Shown in pieces: positions 21,801 through 32,998 of a stretch of 64,000 nucleotides of DNA. The stretch is from Mustelus asterias (lineage: Eukaryota), in the NCBI RefSeq assembly GCF_964213995.1, contig NC_135824.1, positions 52,452,001-52,516,000 of the forward strand, read 5' to 3'. The translations under genes were made by a program, and so were the position numbers. A model generated the notes under the pieces. That model saw nothing but the letters and a program-made list of their open reading frames with translations. It did no database searches and was not told where the DNA came from. The stretch's first letter is position 1, and each line of letters begins with the position of its first letter.

Positions 21801-22264
21801 ACATCTATGCTTTCTTTAACCAGGATTGTGATCAAGGGCTGGCACTCTGGCTGATATACCCTCTCTCTATATGGCCGAGGGATCACTGAATAGCAATCGG
21901 GGGCTGGAACTCTGGTAGATATACCCTCTCAGTCTAAACCAAGGGTCACTGGATGGTGATCATGAGGATTCTTGACAGATATCCCCACAGGGGACTGAGG
22001 CCAACTGTAAAAATCCCTAATAGTTCTTGAGCTGAGAGTCAGTGACCATGCTGATCTGTACCATTCAGCCCCTCCAGCTTCTTCCAAATGGTTTAATGAG
22101 AAAGCCAGCTCCACTGGAGAACACGTCAAGACAGAGCTCAATGTTGAATCACTGCGTTACCCGAGGCAGCAGCTGTTGCTGGCCTCGGTCGGCCTGGGTT
22201 GGAGAGAGCACATCGCAAACGCCTGGCTCTCAGTAAAGTGGGGAAATTCCTTAACCTCAGGAAG

Positions 22265-22335
22265 GTACGATGAAGATTTCAACCATGAACCCTGCTTGCG
22301 GAGAGGGCACAGAGCTCACTGGGCAGTCGTTTCAG
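22265..22335 (+). CDS. ACTMAP: ACTMAP coding exon 5: YDEDFNHEPCLRRGHRAHWAVVS(G)
   Basis: 71 nt, donor CAG|GTAGGA; PYDEDFNHEPC..GH.AHWA is the conserved C19orf54 motif. Confidence 0.96.
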
Positions 22336-22489
22336 GTAGGAGCGGAATACTGAGTGGATCTTTGTTCAGAGGCCTTATCACTGTCAGTGTCTTGGCCCCA
22401 CATTCTTAAGATGGCGCCAGAGTGAAGCTGCCCCCAATATATCCTCTAATTTTATCTTTCACTCTCGTTCTATGCTTTTAAAATTGTAC

Positions 22490-22864
22490 AGTAAGTAGTC
22501 TCACAACACCAGGTTAAAGTCCCAACAGGTTTATTTGGTAGCACGAGCTTTCGGAGTGTCAGTTGATGAAGGGGCAGCGCTCCGAAAGCTCGTTTAAAAG
22601 AGTTAGAGTACAATTTTAAATGTAGACATGATGTGGAGATGCCGGCATTGGACTGGGGTAAGCCCTGTAAGAAGTCTCACAACACCAGGTTAAAGTCCCA
22701 ACAGGTTTATTTGGTAGCACGAGCTTTCAGAGTGTCAGTTGATGAAGGGGCAGCGCTCCGAAAGCTCGTGCTACCAAATAAACCTGTTGGACTTTAACCT
22801 GGTGTTGTGAGACTACTTACTGTGCTTACCCCAGTCCAATGCCGGCATCTCCACATCATGTCTA
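22490..22864. mobile_element. Complex Penelope-like fold-back insertion with a 15-bp target duplication
   Basis: TSD CTTTTAAAATTGTAC at 22475-22489 and 22865-22879; long inverted arms; hammerhead-like TGATGAAGGGGCAGCGCTCCGAAAGC at about 22564 and 22740. Confidence 0.8.
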
Positions 22865-23579
22865 CTTTTAAAATTGTACTCTAACTCTTTTAAACTGTCT
22901 AATAATATTCCATATATTAAGTTGATCTTTCTCTACACCCTAGCTATGACTATGACACTACATTCTGCACTCTCTCCTTTCCTTCTCTCCTCTGTACTCT
23001 ATGAACGGTATGCTTTGTCTGTATAGCGCGCAAGAAACAGTACTTTTCACTGTATCCCAATACATGTGACAATAATAAATAAAACAAAATCCCACCCAAA
23101 ATAGAGTGCAACCCCACCCTACTTTGCTTTATATAAAGACTGTGTCAATGGCTATTCATTGGAGTCACACACTAAGACATGATACGCTATGTTACATGGT
23201 TGGACACACCATGCGTGATTGGTTACACCAAGGTGCATTATGTGAACCTTTAAGGACACAAGATCACACCACTGTGTCTCCCACAGGTTGAGGTTCAGTG
23301 AACACCATTAGGAAGAGACTGGCATTCTTTCTGTCCCTTCACAGTCACGCCGCGTGCTACCCTCTAACCTCATAGGCCACCCTGGCCTCCAAGCCTCACT
23401 GCCCTTCCAACTCTGGCCTCTTTGTATCTCTCTGCAAGAATCCTGCATGGGGTTTTCTTGCTAACAAACAAAAACTAGCTTAAGTACTGTGACTGACTGA
23501 ACTTCTTTAATATTATGCTACATCCTGGTTAAAAGTGGCTTTGAAGTGACTTGATAGGGAATTGTGTTTTGGGCCTTCA

Positions 23580-24088
23580 TTGATTTGATTTGATTTGGTT
23601 TGATTTATTATTGTCACATGCATTGGGATACAGTGAGAAGTATTGTTTCTTGTGAGCTATACAGACAAAACATCCTGTTCATAGAGTACATAGGGGAGAA
23701 GGAAAGGATAGAATAAATGTTGCAGTTACACGTTGGGTGAAGAGAAAGATCACCTTAATATTTAATAGGACCATTCAAAAGTCTGATGGCAGCAGGGAAG
23801 AAGCTGTTCTTAAGTTGGTTGGGATGTGATCTCAGACTTTGTATCTTTTTACCGATGGAAGAAGGTGGAAGAGAGTTTGTCCAGGTGCATGGGGTCCTTG
23901 ATTATGCTGGCTACTTTTCCGAGGCAGCAGGAAGTGTAGACAGAGTCAATGAATGGGAGGCTGGTTTGCATGATGGACTGGGCTACATTCACAGCCCTTT
24001 GTAGTTTCTTGCGGTCTTGGACAGAGCAGGAGCCCATACCAAGCTGTGATACATCCGGAAAGGATGCTTTCTATGGTGCATCTGTAAG
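23580..24088 (-). mobile_element. Rex1/Babar-like LINE 3' fragment (a second tail copy lies at 22912-23090, +)
   Basis: YRCTIESILSGCITAWYG motif; 3' end GTGACAATAATAAATCAAACCAAATCAAATC. Confidence 0.85.
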
Positions 24089-25125
24089 AATGTATTATTG
24101 GCTCACAAGGTGTAGAAGAAGTTAACTTGTCAGAAAGTAATGACGAAAACCTTGGCAGGAATCTAGCAGAGAATGAAAACAGACAACTGCTCCTGGAGCT
24201 CTCACACCCATATTCTATTTTTCTGTTCTTCAGTGAATAGCCTCTCACTTTCCCACATTGTACACCATCTGACGCTTTGTTGCCCGCTCACTTAACCTGT
24301 TGATATCTCTTTGCGGCTTTGTGTCCTCCCCACAGCTCACATTTCCACTTAAGAATAAGCCCTCAAGTTATAAGACTCTTACTGTTGTCTTTTAGTTACT
24401 CCCTGAAGAGCAGTTGGTTAGAGGTAGAGGGGAAATAGTTTAGGTAGCTTTTCTTGTACAAATTCTATAAAACAGATGGGTTGCTGATCAGATGATTAGG
24501 TTTAAGACAATTGGCAGAGGGACCCAGAGGGGAGGTGAGAAATGTTTCTATATAGTGAGTTATTGTGGTTTCGAATGCACTGCCTAAAAGGGTGGCAGAA
24601 GCACATTTAGCAATAACCTTTAAGAGAAAATTGGATGAATACTTCAAAAGGAGATATTTGCAGGGCAGTGGGAAATAAGAACAAAAGAATAGGAGCAGAA
24701 GGCCAATTGGCCCATTCAGCCTGATTTCCCATTTGGTAAGGTCATGGCTTATCCACTTGTGGCTTTAATGCCTCTTTCCTGCCTTTCCCCTATCCCTTGA
24801 CTCCCCTTGTAATCAAAAATCTGTCTAACTCTGCCTTGAATATAGTCATGACCCAGCCTCCACTGCTCTCTGTGGGGGAGAATTCCAAAGACTAATGACC
24901 CCTGTGTAGAGATGATCTAAACATGCCCCAAGGTTAATCCATTTAGTTGTTATTTGATGGGTTTAGATTGCTTGTACTTGAGTGTGTCTTCTTCAGAAAA
25001 GGGTACCGTAAAAATATAGCTTTGGCACTTTTCAATAATGATGGACACATTCAAAATGTTGGTAGGTTGATTCAGTGCTTGCTGGCCATTCAGCAGTTTA
25101 TGTGTTGTTTCTGATTGCTGTGTAG

Positions 25126-25466
25126 GGGTGCTGCTGGGACTGAAGTGTAGACTGCCAAAAGATCTCTATGAAGAGGACCCTGATACTCCTGGGTTCTTCT
25201 ATCGGCGTGCGAACATGCCTGGATCCAGCTATCCCGAGGACTGTGTTGTCGAGACCCACCTGCTGGCAAAGCAAGGGAAGAGCCTGAAGTACCAGTTGTG
25301 GCAGTACGAGCAAGTGCATCAGAGTAACATGCAGCTGACAGAGTTTAGCCCCAAGCGAGAGTGTGACGGAACAGTCTACGTGGTCCCTGATGGCGGGGTG
25401 GGCTCAGGACTGTGTGGGGTTGTGGTTCTTCTCCAGCCCTCGCCTCAGGAACAAAACGAAAGTTAG
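25126..25466 (+). CDS. ACTMAP: ACTMAP last coding exon: VLLGLKCRLPKDLYEEDPD...KQGKSLKYQLWQYEQVHQSNMQLTEFSPKR...GLCGVVVLLQPSPQEQNES*
   Basis: Acceptor tgctgtgtag|GG, stop TAG at 25464-25466. The spliced CDS totals 972 nt (323 aa) with no frameshift. Confidence 0.95.
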
Positions 25467-25499
25467 CCGCTTCCGCTAGCATCGACCTCAGAAAGGAGC

Positions 25500-26230
25500 T
25501 TTTGATTAAACAGCACCTTGCAAGAACTCAGGACATCACAAAGTGCTTCCTAATAGTAAAGTGTATTTTGTAACTGTTGTAAAGTAGGAAATGTGCTAAT
25601 CGTTTTGTTTACACAGCAAGCTCTTGCAAACGGTAAATGAGATGGTGACCAGATCATCTGATTTGGTCCTGCTGTTGACAGATAAATATTGACCAGGACA
25701 CTAGCATCAATTAGGGTGGCATAGCGGCTAGCATTCTTGCCTCACAGCGCTAGGGACCTGGGTTCAATTCTGGTCTTGGGTGACCTTGGTTCTCCCCATG
25801 TCTGCTGGGTTTCCTCTGGGTGCTCCAGTTTCCTCCCACTCTCCAAAGATGTGTAGGTTCGGTGGATTGGCCGTGCTAAATTGCCCCTTAGTGTCCCAAG
25901 ATGTGTAGGTTCGGTGGATTGGCTATGCTAAATTGCCCCTTCGTGTCCCAAGATGTGTAGGTTAGGGGGATTAGTGAAGTAAATAAGTGGGTTACTGGGA
26001 TAGGGCCTGGGTAAGATGCTCTGTTGGAGAGTCGGTGTAGACCAAATAGCCTCCTTCTGCACTGTAGGGATTCTATGGAAACTCCCCTGCTATTCACCAA
26101 AATAGTGCCGTGGGATATTTTATTGCACCTGAGAGTGCAGACTCTGCTCCATGTTGCATCTGTAAGATAGTCCTCTGATAGTCAAGCACTCCAACAGTAC
26201 TGCACCCAAGTGCCAGGCAGCCTTGAGGTG
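25500..26230 (-). mobile_element. Deu-domain SINE remnant in the ACTMAP 3' region, interrupted by a V-SINE (25713-26078, +)
   Basis: Similar in reverse complement to 35960-36360 (CACTATTT...GCAGGGGAGTT...GTCCTGGTCAATATTTATC...TTGCTGTGT). Confidence 0.6.
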
Positions 26231-26529
26231 CTCAAGTTTAGCTGACAGACCACAGATTTAACTTGCTCCACCCCAGGGAAATTCAACATTTAGAGTTGAA
26301 TTTGCCTTAACCCGTCCATAGACTCCATTCATGAAAGAAATGGCAACATGGGGGCTGCGTTTTTAAGGAGATTGTGCCAAACATGTCAAACCATGCATAA
26401 CATTACCTCTTTTTAGGTTTCAAATTCCACCATCTGCCGTGTCAGGATTTGAACTCAGGTCCTCAGACCTGGGGTTTCTGGATTAATTGTCTAGTGATAA
26501 TACCACTAGGCCATCACCTCCCCCTTTAC

Positions 26530-27630
26530 TGTGCAGAGGGACCTGGGGGTCCTCGTGCATGAATCACAAAAACTCAGTTTGCAGGTGCAGCAGGTGATCA
26601 AGAAGGCAAATGGAATGTTGGCCTTTATCGCGAGAGGGATGGAGTATAAAAGCAGGGAGGTCTTGCTGCATCTGTACAGGGTACTGGTGAGGCCGCACCT
26701 AGAGTACTGTGTACAATTTTGGTCCCCTTATTTAAGAAAGGATATATTAGCTTTGGAGGGGGTACAGAGAAGGTTCACCAGGTTGATTCCGGAGATGACG
26801 GGGTTAGCTTATGAGTAGAGATTGAGTAGACTGGGCCTGTACTCATTGGAGTTTAGAAGGTTGAGGGGAGATCTTATAGAGACATAGAATCATAGAATCC
26901 CTACAGTGCAGGAGGCCATTCGGCCCATCGAGTCTGCACCGACCACAATCCCACCCAGGCCCTACCCCCACATATTTTACCCGCTAATCCCTCTAATCTA
27001 CGCATCTCAGGACACTAAGGGGCAATTTTTAACCTGGCCAATCAACCTAACCCGCACATCTTTGGACTGTGGGAGGAAACCGGAGCACCCGGAGGAAACC
27101 CACGCAGACACGAGGAGAATGTGCAAACTCCACACAGACAGTGACCCGAGCCGGGAATCGAACCCAGGACCCTGGAGCTGTGAAGCAGCAGTGCTAACCA
27201 CTGTGCTACCGTGCCGCCCCAACCACTGTGCTACCGTGGGTTCACGGTATAAGACATATAAGATAATGAAGGGGCTAGACAGGGGAGAAGCAGCGAGGTT
27301 ATTTCCACTTACAATGGAAACAAGAACTAGGGGGCATAGCCTCAAAATACGGGAGAGTCAATTTAGAACAGAGTTGAGGAGGAACTTCTTCTCCCAGAGG
27401 GTAGTGAATCTTTGGAATTCTCTGCCCAATGAAGCAGTAGAGGCTACCTCGTTAAATGTGTTTAAGTCACAGATAGATAGATTTTTAACCATTTAGGGAG
27501 TTAAGGGTTATGGGGAGCGGGCGGGTAAGTGGAACTGAACCCACTATCAGGTCAGCCATGATCTTATTGAATGGCGGAGCAGGCTTGAGGGGCTAGATGA
27601 CCTACTCCTGCTCCTATTTCTTATGTTCCA
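26530..27630 (+). mobile_element. CR1-clade LINE 3' fragment interrupted by a V-SINE (26883-27240, -)
   Basis: QRDLGVLVH...LVRPHLEYCVQFWSPY, resuming after the SINE with YKIMKGLDR...TRGHSLKI...WNSLP. Confidence 0.93.
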
Positions 27631-28490
27631 GTTTCCCCAGAACCTTCTCCTTAGTGATGGCCACTACACTCACTTGTGCCCCCTGACTCTCCTGGAGCTC
27701 TGGCATCCCACTGGTATCTTTCATCGTGTAGACTAATGCAAAGTAACTAATCAGTTCCTCTTCATTTCTTTGTTTCCTATTATTACTTTTCCAGCCTCAT
27801 TTTCCAGTGGTCCAATGTCTATTTTTGCCTGTCTCTTATCTTTTATATGTTGAAAAAAACTTTTATCTTTTCATATTACTAGCGAGCTTACATTTCATCT
27901 TTCATATTTCATCTTCTCCCCCCCTTATTGCTTTTTTAGTTGTTCTCTGCTCACTTTTAAAGGCTTCCCAATCTTCTGTCTTCCCACTAATCCTCGTCAT
28001 TTTTTAAGCTTTTGCTTTTATGCTGTCCTTGACTTCCCTCGTCAGCCATGGGTGCCTCGTCCTCCCCTTAGCATGTTTCCTCCTCCTTGAGATGAATTTC
28101 TGTTCTGCCTCCCGAATAACCCCCAAAAACTCCTGCCATTGCTGTTCCACTGTCTTCCCTGCTAGGCTCCCTTTCCAATCAACTCTGGCCAGCTCCTCCC
28201 TCATGTCTTTGTAGTTACCTTTATTTAATTGTAATACCGTTACATCTGATTCCAGCTTCTCCCTCTCAAACTGCAGGGTAAATTCTATCATATTGTGGTC
28301 ACTGCTCCCTAAGGATTCCTTCACCTTAAGTTCTCTATTCGAGTCTGCCTCGTTACGCATCACCAAATCCAGAATTGCCTGTCCCTTAGTCAGCTCTGTC
28401 ACAAACTGCTCCAAAAAAACTCTCTTAGACATCCCACAAATTCCTTTTCTTGGGATCCACTATCTACCTGATTTTCCCAGTCTGCATTCA
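27630..28490 (-). mobile_element. CR1 ORF2 internal fragment (endonuclease C-terminus and linker), inverted relative to the adjacent 3' fragment
   Basis: FLEQFV...AILDLV...LGSSDHNMIEF...PWLTREVK motifs in ORF 28004-28432. Confidence 0.88.
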
Positions 28491-28619
28491 GCTGCATGAG
28501 TAAACCCACTTCACAAATTGCCAGTGCAGCCTTTCGGTCATTTACTCCACTTAAATATTCAGTGACAGAGGTTGACATTCCTGCAAGTGTAACATCTTTA
28601 TTCACTTGCTGGCTGGAAC

Positions 28620-29210
28620 CAAATTTATCTATTGTCACAAGTAGGCTTACATTAACACTGCAATAAAGTTACCGTGAAAATCCCCTAGTCACCGCACTCC
28701 GACACCTGTTTGGGGACACCGAGTGGGGATTTGGCACGGCCAACGCATCTAACCAGCACATTGAATATTATCACATAGAATCTTGACAGTGCAGAAAGAG
28801 GCCATTTGGCCCACCGAGTCTGCACCAACCACAATCCCACCCAGGCCCTATCCCCATATATTTACCCATAATCCCTCTAACCAATGCATCCCGGGACACT
28901 AAGGGGCAATTTAGAATGGCCAATCAACCTAGCCCGCACATCCTTGGACTGTGGGAGGAAACCGGAGCACCCGGAGGAAACCCACGCAGACACAGGGAGA
29001 ATGTGCAAACTCCACACAGACAGTGACCCGAGCCAGGATTCGAACTCAGGACCCTGGAGCTGTGAAGCAGTAGTGCTAACCACTGTGCTACCGTGCCGCC
29101 CTAATCTTTCTGACTGTGGGAGGAAACCGGAGCACCCGGAGGAAAACCACACAGACACGGTGAGAACGTGCAGACTCCGCACAGGCAGTGACCCAAACCG
29201 GGAATCGAAC
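28620..29210 (-). mobile_element. Tail-2 V-SINE with a nested HE1-type V-SINE (about 28775-29101)
   Basis: Host tail at 28620-28760 and host core at 29105-29210 flank a complete second copy. Confidence 0.85.
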
Positions 29211-30149
29211 ATTAGTGCCAATGGGCCTTTGGTAACCTAGCCTAGGATCACATCAGAGTTGATCCCTCGATGCAAAGCAATTGATGGTGGTGACGTTAAG
29301 GCGTTGCAGTTAACAACTTGCCAAGTTTCTCTCTTGGCTTTTGCTACAGGTCCTCAATGACCCTGACCAGTTGGGAGGTGCAGGTGCGTAACTTCAGGAT
29401 TCACTGAAGTCGTAAATTCTTCCGTGGTCAAGTAATCTAGTGATGTTTGCGATTCAAGATGAGGAGTGAAGAATGCAAAATGGGAGAGGCACAAAAAATA
29501 AAGAGGGCTCAGACACTAGAAATCTTCTCCTTTTCAAGTTAGCACCCTTGTGTTGGGAGGGAGCTGACAAAATTAAGAGTGAAAATATGGTCACAGGTCA
29601 TCAATCTATTCCAATCTGAAGAGACCGAGAATCAATCCAGATATTTTCAGGAACAGAGATAGAGCCATGGACCATTTCGCCTCATGGTCTCTGGGGCAGG
29701 AGGAGGCCCTGCCCCACACTTACCGGTGTAAATCTCTCTGAGGAACTCTGATGCACAGAGTGTTGGACATTCATTAAACTAAGTACTCCCAAAAAAATGG
29801 GCAAGAAATTCTCCCATATACCCACATATTGGGCAATTAGTTTTCTTTTGGGAGTGTCCCGGCCCATGCATCTGCTTCCACCAGCCTTTCAGGCAATGTG
29901 TTCGAGATCGCAATTACTTGTTGCCCAAGAACACTTTTAATTTCTTCTTTGGCTCCTTGCCAGCTACCTGAAACTTTCATCATCACCCGGCTACTGATCC
30001 ATCTATCAGTGGGTTTTATAGGATTTGAACAAGACAGTTGCTACAGATGGTTTTCAAACTGCCTCGACCAAGTGGTTCAGAGAGGAGTAACTGAAAAGAC
30101 AACAGGTAGGAGTACAAGAGTCTTACTGGCAGCTTATAGCTATATGGGA

Positions 30150-30965
30150 ATGCAAGTTGTGAGGAGGACACAGAAGGAGTTGCAAAGAGATATGGACAGG
30201 TTAAGTGAGTGGGCAACAAGTTGGCAGCATGTGGTGGTGTAAGAATGTAAACCTAGACTAAAAATAAAAGTTGGGAAACTTGTAAAGTTTGACGTTCAGA
30301 ACAACTTGCGTATACAGTACTCATAAGGAACAGAAAGTTAGCATGCAGGTAGAGCAAGCAATTAGGAAGGCAAACATCCATGTTGCCCTTTATTGTAAGG
30401 GGTTCAGAGCAGAAGAATGAGGTCTTGCTACAATTGTACAAGGCTTTGGTTAGACCACAACTGAGTACCGTACACGGTTTTGGTCTCCATTTTAAGGCAG
30501 GATATACTTGCATTGGAGGCAGTACAGGGAAGGTTCGCTAAATTGTTCTCTGGGATAAGGGGTTGCTCTGATGAGAGGCTGGGTAAATTGGGCTTAGGCT
30601 CGCTGGAATTTAGAAGAATGAGGGGCAATCTCATTGAATTGCAAAAGATTCTGAAGGGGCTTGACATGGTAGACACTGAGGTTGTTTCCCTCTGGCTGGG
30701 GGATCTAAACACAGGTCGGGGGTGGTGTAGTTTCAGGATATAGGACTGAGCTTGAGGAGAAATTTATTTACTCAAAGGTTTGTGAATCTCTGGAATTCTC
30801 TACCTCAGAGGATTGTGTATGTTCGAGAATATCAAGGAGGAAAACAAGGGATTTGGGGAGTGAATGTCAAGTGGGAGTTGAGGCCCCAGATCAGCCATGA
30901 TTGTGTTGAATGGCGGAGCAGACCCATGGAGCTGTCCACTCATACTCCTACTTATATTCTTATGA
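30150..30965 (+). mobile_element. Decayed CR1-clade LINE 3' fragment
   Basis: LQRDMDRLSEWA, LEFRRMRGNLIE and RRNLFTQRFVNLWNSLP motifs with frameshifts. Confidence 0.88.
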
Positions 30966-31562
30966 GAAATATTTGGCATTGTAGTAGGTTTTGCCTGTAA
31001 TAATAAACATACACAGCAAAGTCATGCAACACAAGTTTTCTTTCTGTATAAAGATGAATTGTACAATTAAACAGATATATTTTGTTTGACTTTAACGTGA
31101 AACCAATTTCTGGCTCTGAGTAAGAATTCTACCAAGACTGTAATTCACCAAACACATGGTCAATATTCAGCCTGGCTTGGTTATACTCAAGTTTGGAGGC
31201 CAGAGGTTGATAAGAGTGTTGCCTAGTTAAAATATTTCTGAAATTGGTAGTTATGTTGGAGTTAGTGGAGTGTTACTAAGGTTGATAAAGTGTCACTCGA
31301 GCTGACATGGAGTGCTGATGAGACCAATGGTATGCGATGACTGTGCTAGCTCTCCTTTTATCCGTTAACGAGCCAAGTGCAACTACTGAAAAAGGGGTGC
31401 CATCTCCTTGACAACATTGTGGACCGATGACCACAGGCCTCTGGGGCCAAGCAGTTTTCAGTTCCTCACGTCTAGTGTGGAGCCAGGGCTGGGGACTAAA
31501 GAGTTACAGTGCTGGTGACGACCGGGCCTGGAAGGTAAAATGCTGTTACCTTCAGTGATATG

Positions 31563-31761
31563 ATGTGGAGATGCCGGCGTTGGACTGGGATAAACACAGT
31601 AAGAAGTTTAACAACACCAGGTTAAAGTCCAACAGGTTTATTTGATAGCAAAAGCCACACAAGCTTTCGGAGCCCCAAGCCCAGCTCCGAAAGCTTGTGT
31701 GGCTTTTGCTACCAAATATACCTGTTGGACTTTAACCTGGTTTTGTTAAACTTCTTACTAC
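31563..31761. mobile_element. Penelope-like fold-back insertion with a 14-bp target duplication
   Basis: TSD CCTTCAGTGATATG at 31549-31562 and 31762-31775; near-perfect inverted arms of about 75 bp. Confidence 0.82.
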
Positions 31762-31966
31762 CCTTCAGTGATATGCATTGAAATAACTTTAAATTGTTGC
31801 ACAGTCGAAACTGGAGCTACTGGCGGATCCCTTGAAACCACTTTGTTGACCCCTAGGAGATCACAAACTCCTGGTCAAGAGCTCCTGCAGTAGAAGATAC
31901 TTTCCCCTTTAAGTAATTCCGCGGAAACAATCCCAACAGCTGCACAAGATGTTATACTTTCCATGT

Positions 31967-31972
31967 TTTATT
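31967..31972 (-). terminator. YIF1B: Candidate poly(A) signal AATAAA of YIF1B (3' UTR about 580 nt)
   Basis: tttatt on the plus strand at the end of a unique AU-rich UTR segment, followed on the minus strand by GU-rich TGTGCAGCTGTTGGGATTGTTT. Confidence 0.65.
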
Positions 31973-32548
31973 TGCCCAACTTCAGTGTTTATAAATAGAT
32001 ATTTAAAAAATTTCCACTGTGTGGACAGTGGAAAGTTAGCACACAGCAGGTGTGTCCTCACTTTTTACTTTCTATTTGGGACGGACACACCAAATTATGA
32101 ACTTGTTGCATTTCAGATGATACAGGCAGCCCAAAAGAAAAAGCCCAACATTCATGAAAGGAGAGGACACGACCCAGCGCCCCTTGGGGAGATGGACCCG
32201 TCCTGCGCGTCCCCCCCCCTCCCCACACAGGGAAATCATTTTACCCCCACCCCTGCCCCTTTGGGTAGATGGACATATCTCCCATGCCACCCTTGTATGG
32301 AGACAGTTTTTGCACCCCCGCTGCTCGGGGAGTTGGACCCCCCTCCTCCTTCCATGTCGCCACAGGCAACGGCCAACCTCTCGGGGGCAACAAATCTGTC
32401 CTGCACTCAACCCAACCCAACCCACCCACCCAAACCTCTGGGATTTAAGATTCCCCCCAGTTGTGTTCTCCCCTCAGCCCTACATTGAGGGGAGATGGGA
32501 CACACCTCCAATCCCCATCCCAGGGAACACAGGGGTGCTCCAGCTTTC

Positions 32549-32704
32549 CTATCTGACCAAATGAAATGTGAGCCAGTACATGAAGATTGGTTGCACTGCT
32601 GCGATCGCCATGGTCAGGTACATGCGTAGCTGATTCCTCGTGCCTCGCACCAGGACGCCCTCGGCTGCAGCTTCAGACAGAATCTTCAGTCTCAATGTTC
32701 GAAT
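32549..32704 (-). CDS. YIF1B: YIF1B last coding exon: [51 protein letters not shown]
   Basis: Acceptor ttttcttttcag, TAG at 32551-32549; the C-terminus YWLTFHLVR matches YIF1B. Spliced CDS 894 nt (297 aa). Confidence 0.97.
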   Translation of the reverse strand: MRTLRLKILSEAAAEGVLVRGTRNQLRMYLTMAIAAVQPIFMYWLTFHLVR

Positions 32705-32998
32705 CTGAAAAGAAAACACTGTTTAGGAGATCTTTGGGATGGCATGGTGCTAAATGCACTGTCCAATGAAACTGAGCCATATGGATCAGGAAGGTCAGTG
32801 CCAAATTAGTTGATCTCAGCCAGGGCAGCAATAGTTACTGGTTGACCTCAGTGCCTTTGCATTAGGGAGAGAATTCAGCCATGATTTTTACTGCAGGAGA
32901 GTGAACATGTGGATGTCTGACAAGTTTAGAATTGGTGGATTATTCATTGTGCGAATGCAGCCACAAGGGGATCAGAGAGAGAGACAGACAGACACACA

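Larger units (their letters stand above)
19982..22264 (+). other. ACTMAP: U12-type (minor spliceosome) GT-AG intron of ACTMAP
   Basis: 5' site GTATCCTTA; branch site TTCCTTAAC at 22247-22255; no polypyrimidine tract; 3' AAG at 22262-22264 restores the frame P-Y-D-E-D. Confidence 0.93.

Noticed and set aside
22564-22590. Active hammerhead ribozyme
   Set aside because: The core reads TTGATGA rather than CTGATGA, other copies (49711, 51356, 61834) also carry core mutations, and helix I/III could not be established; reported only as decayed cores.
32770-32900. Ancient SINE-like remnant (related inverted sequence at about 21845-22110) as a conserved regulatory element
   Set aside because: The resemblance is from memory only and too decayed to name or assign a function without an alignment.
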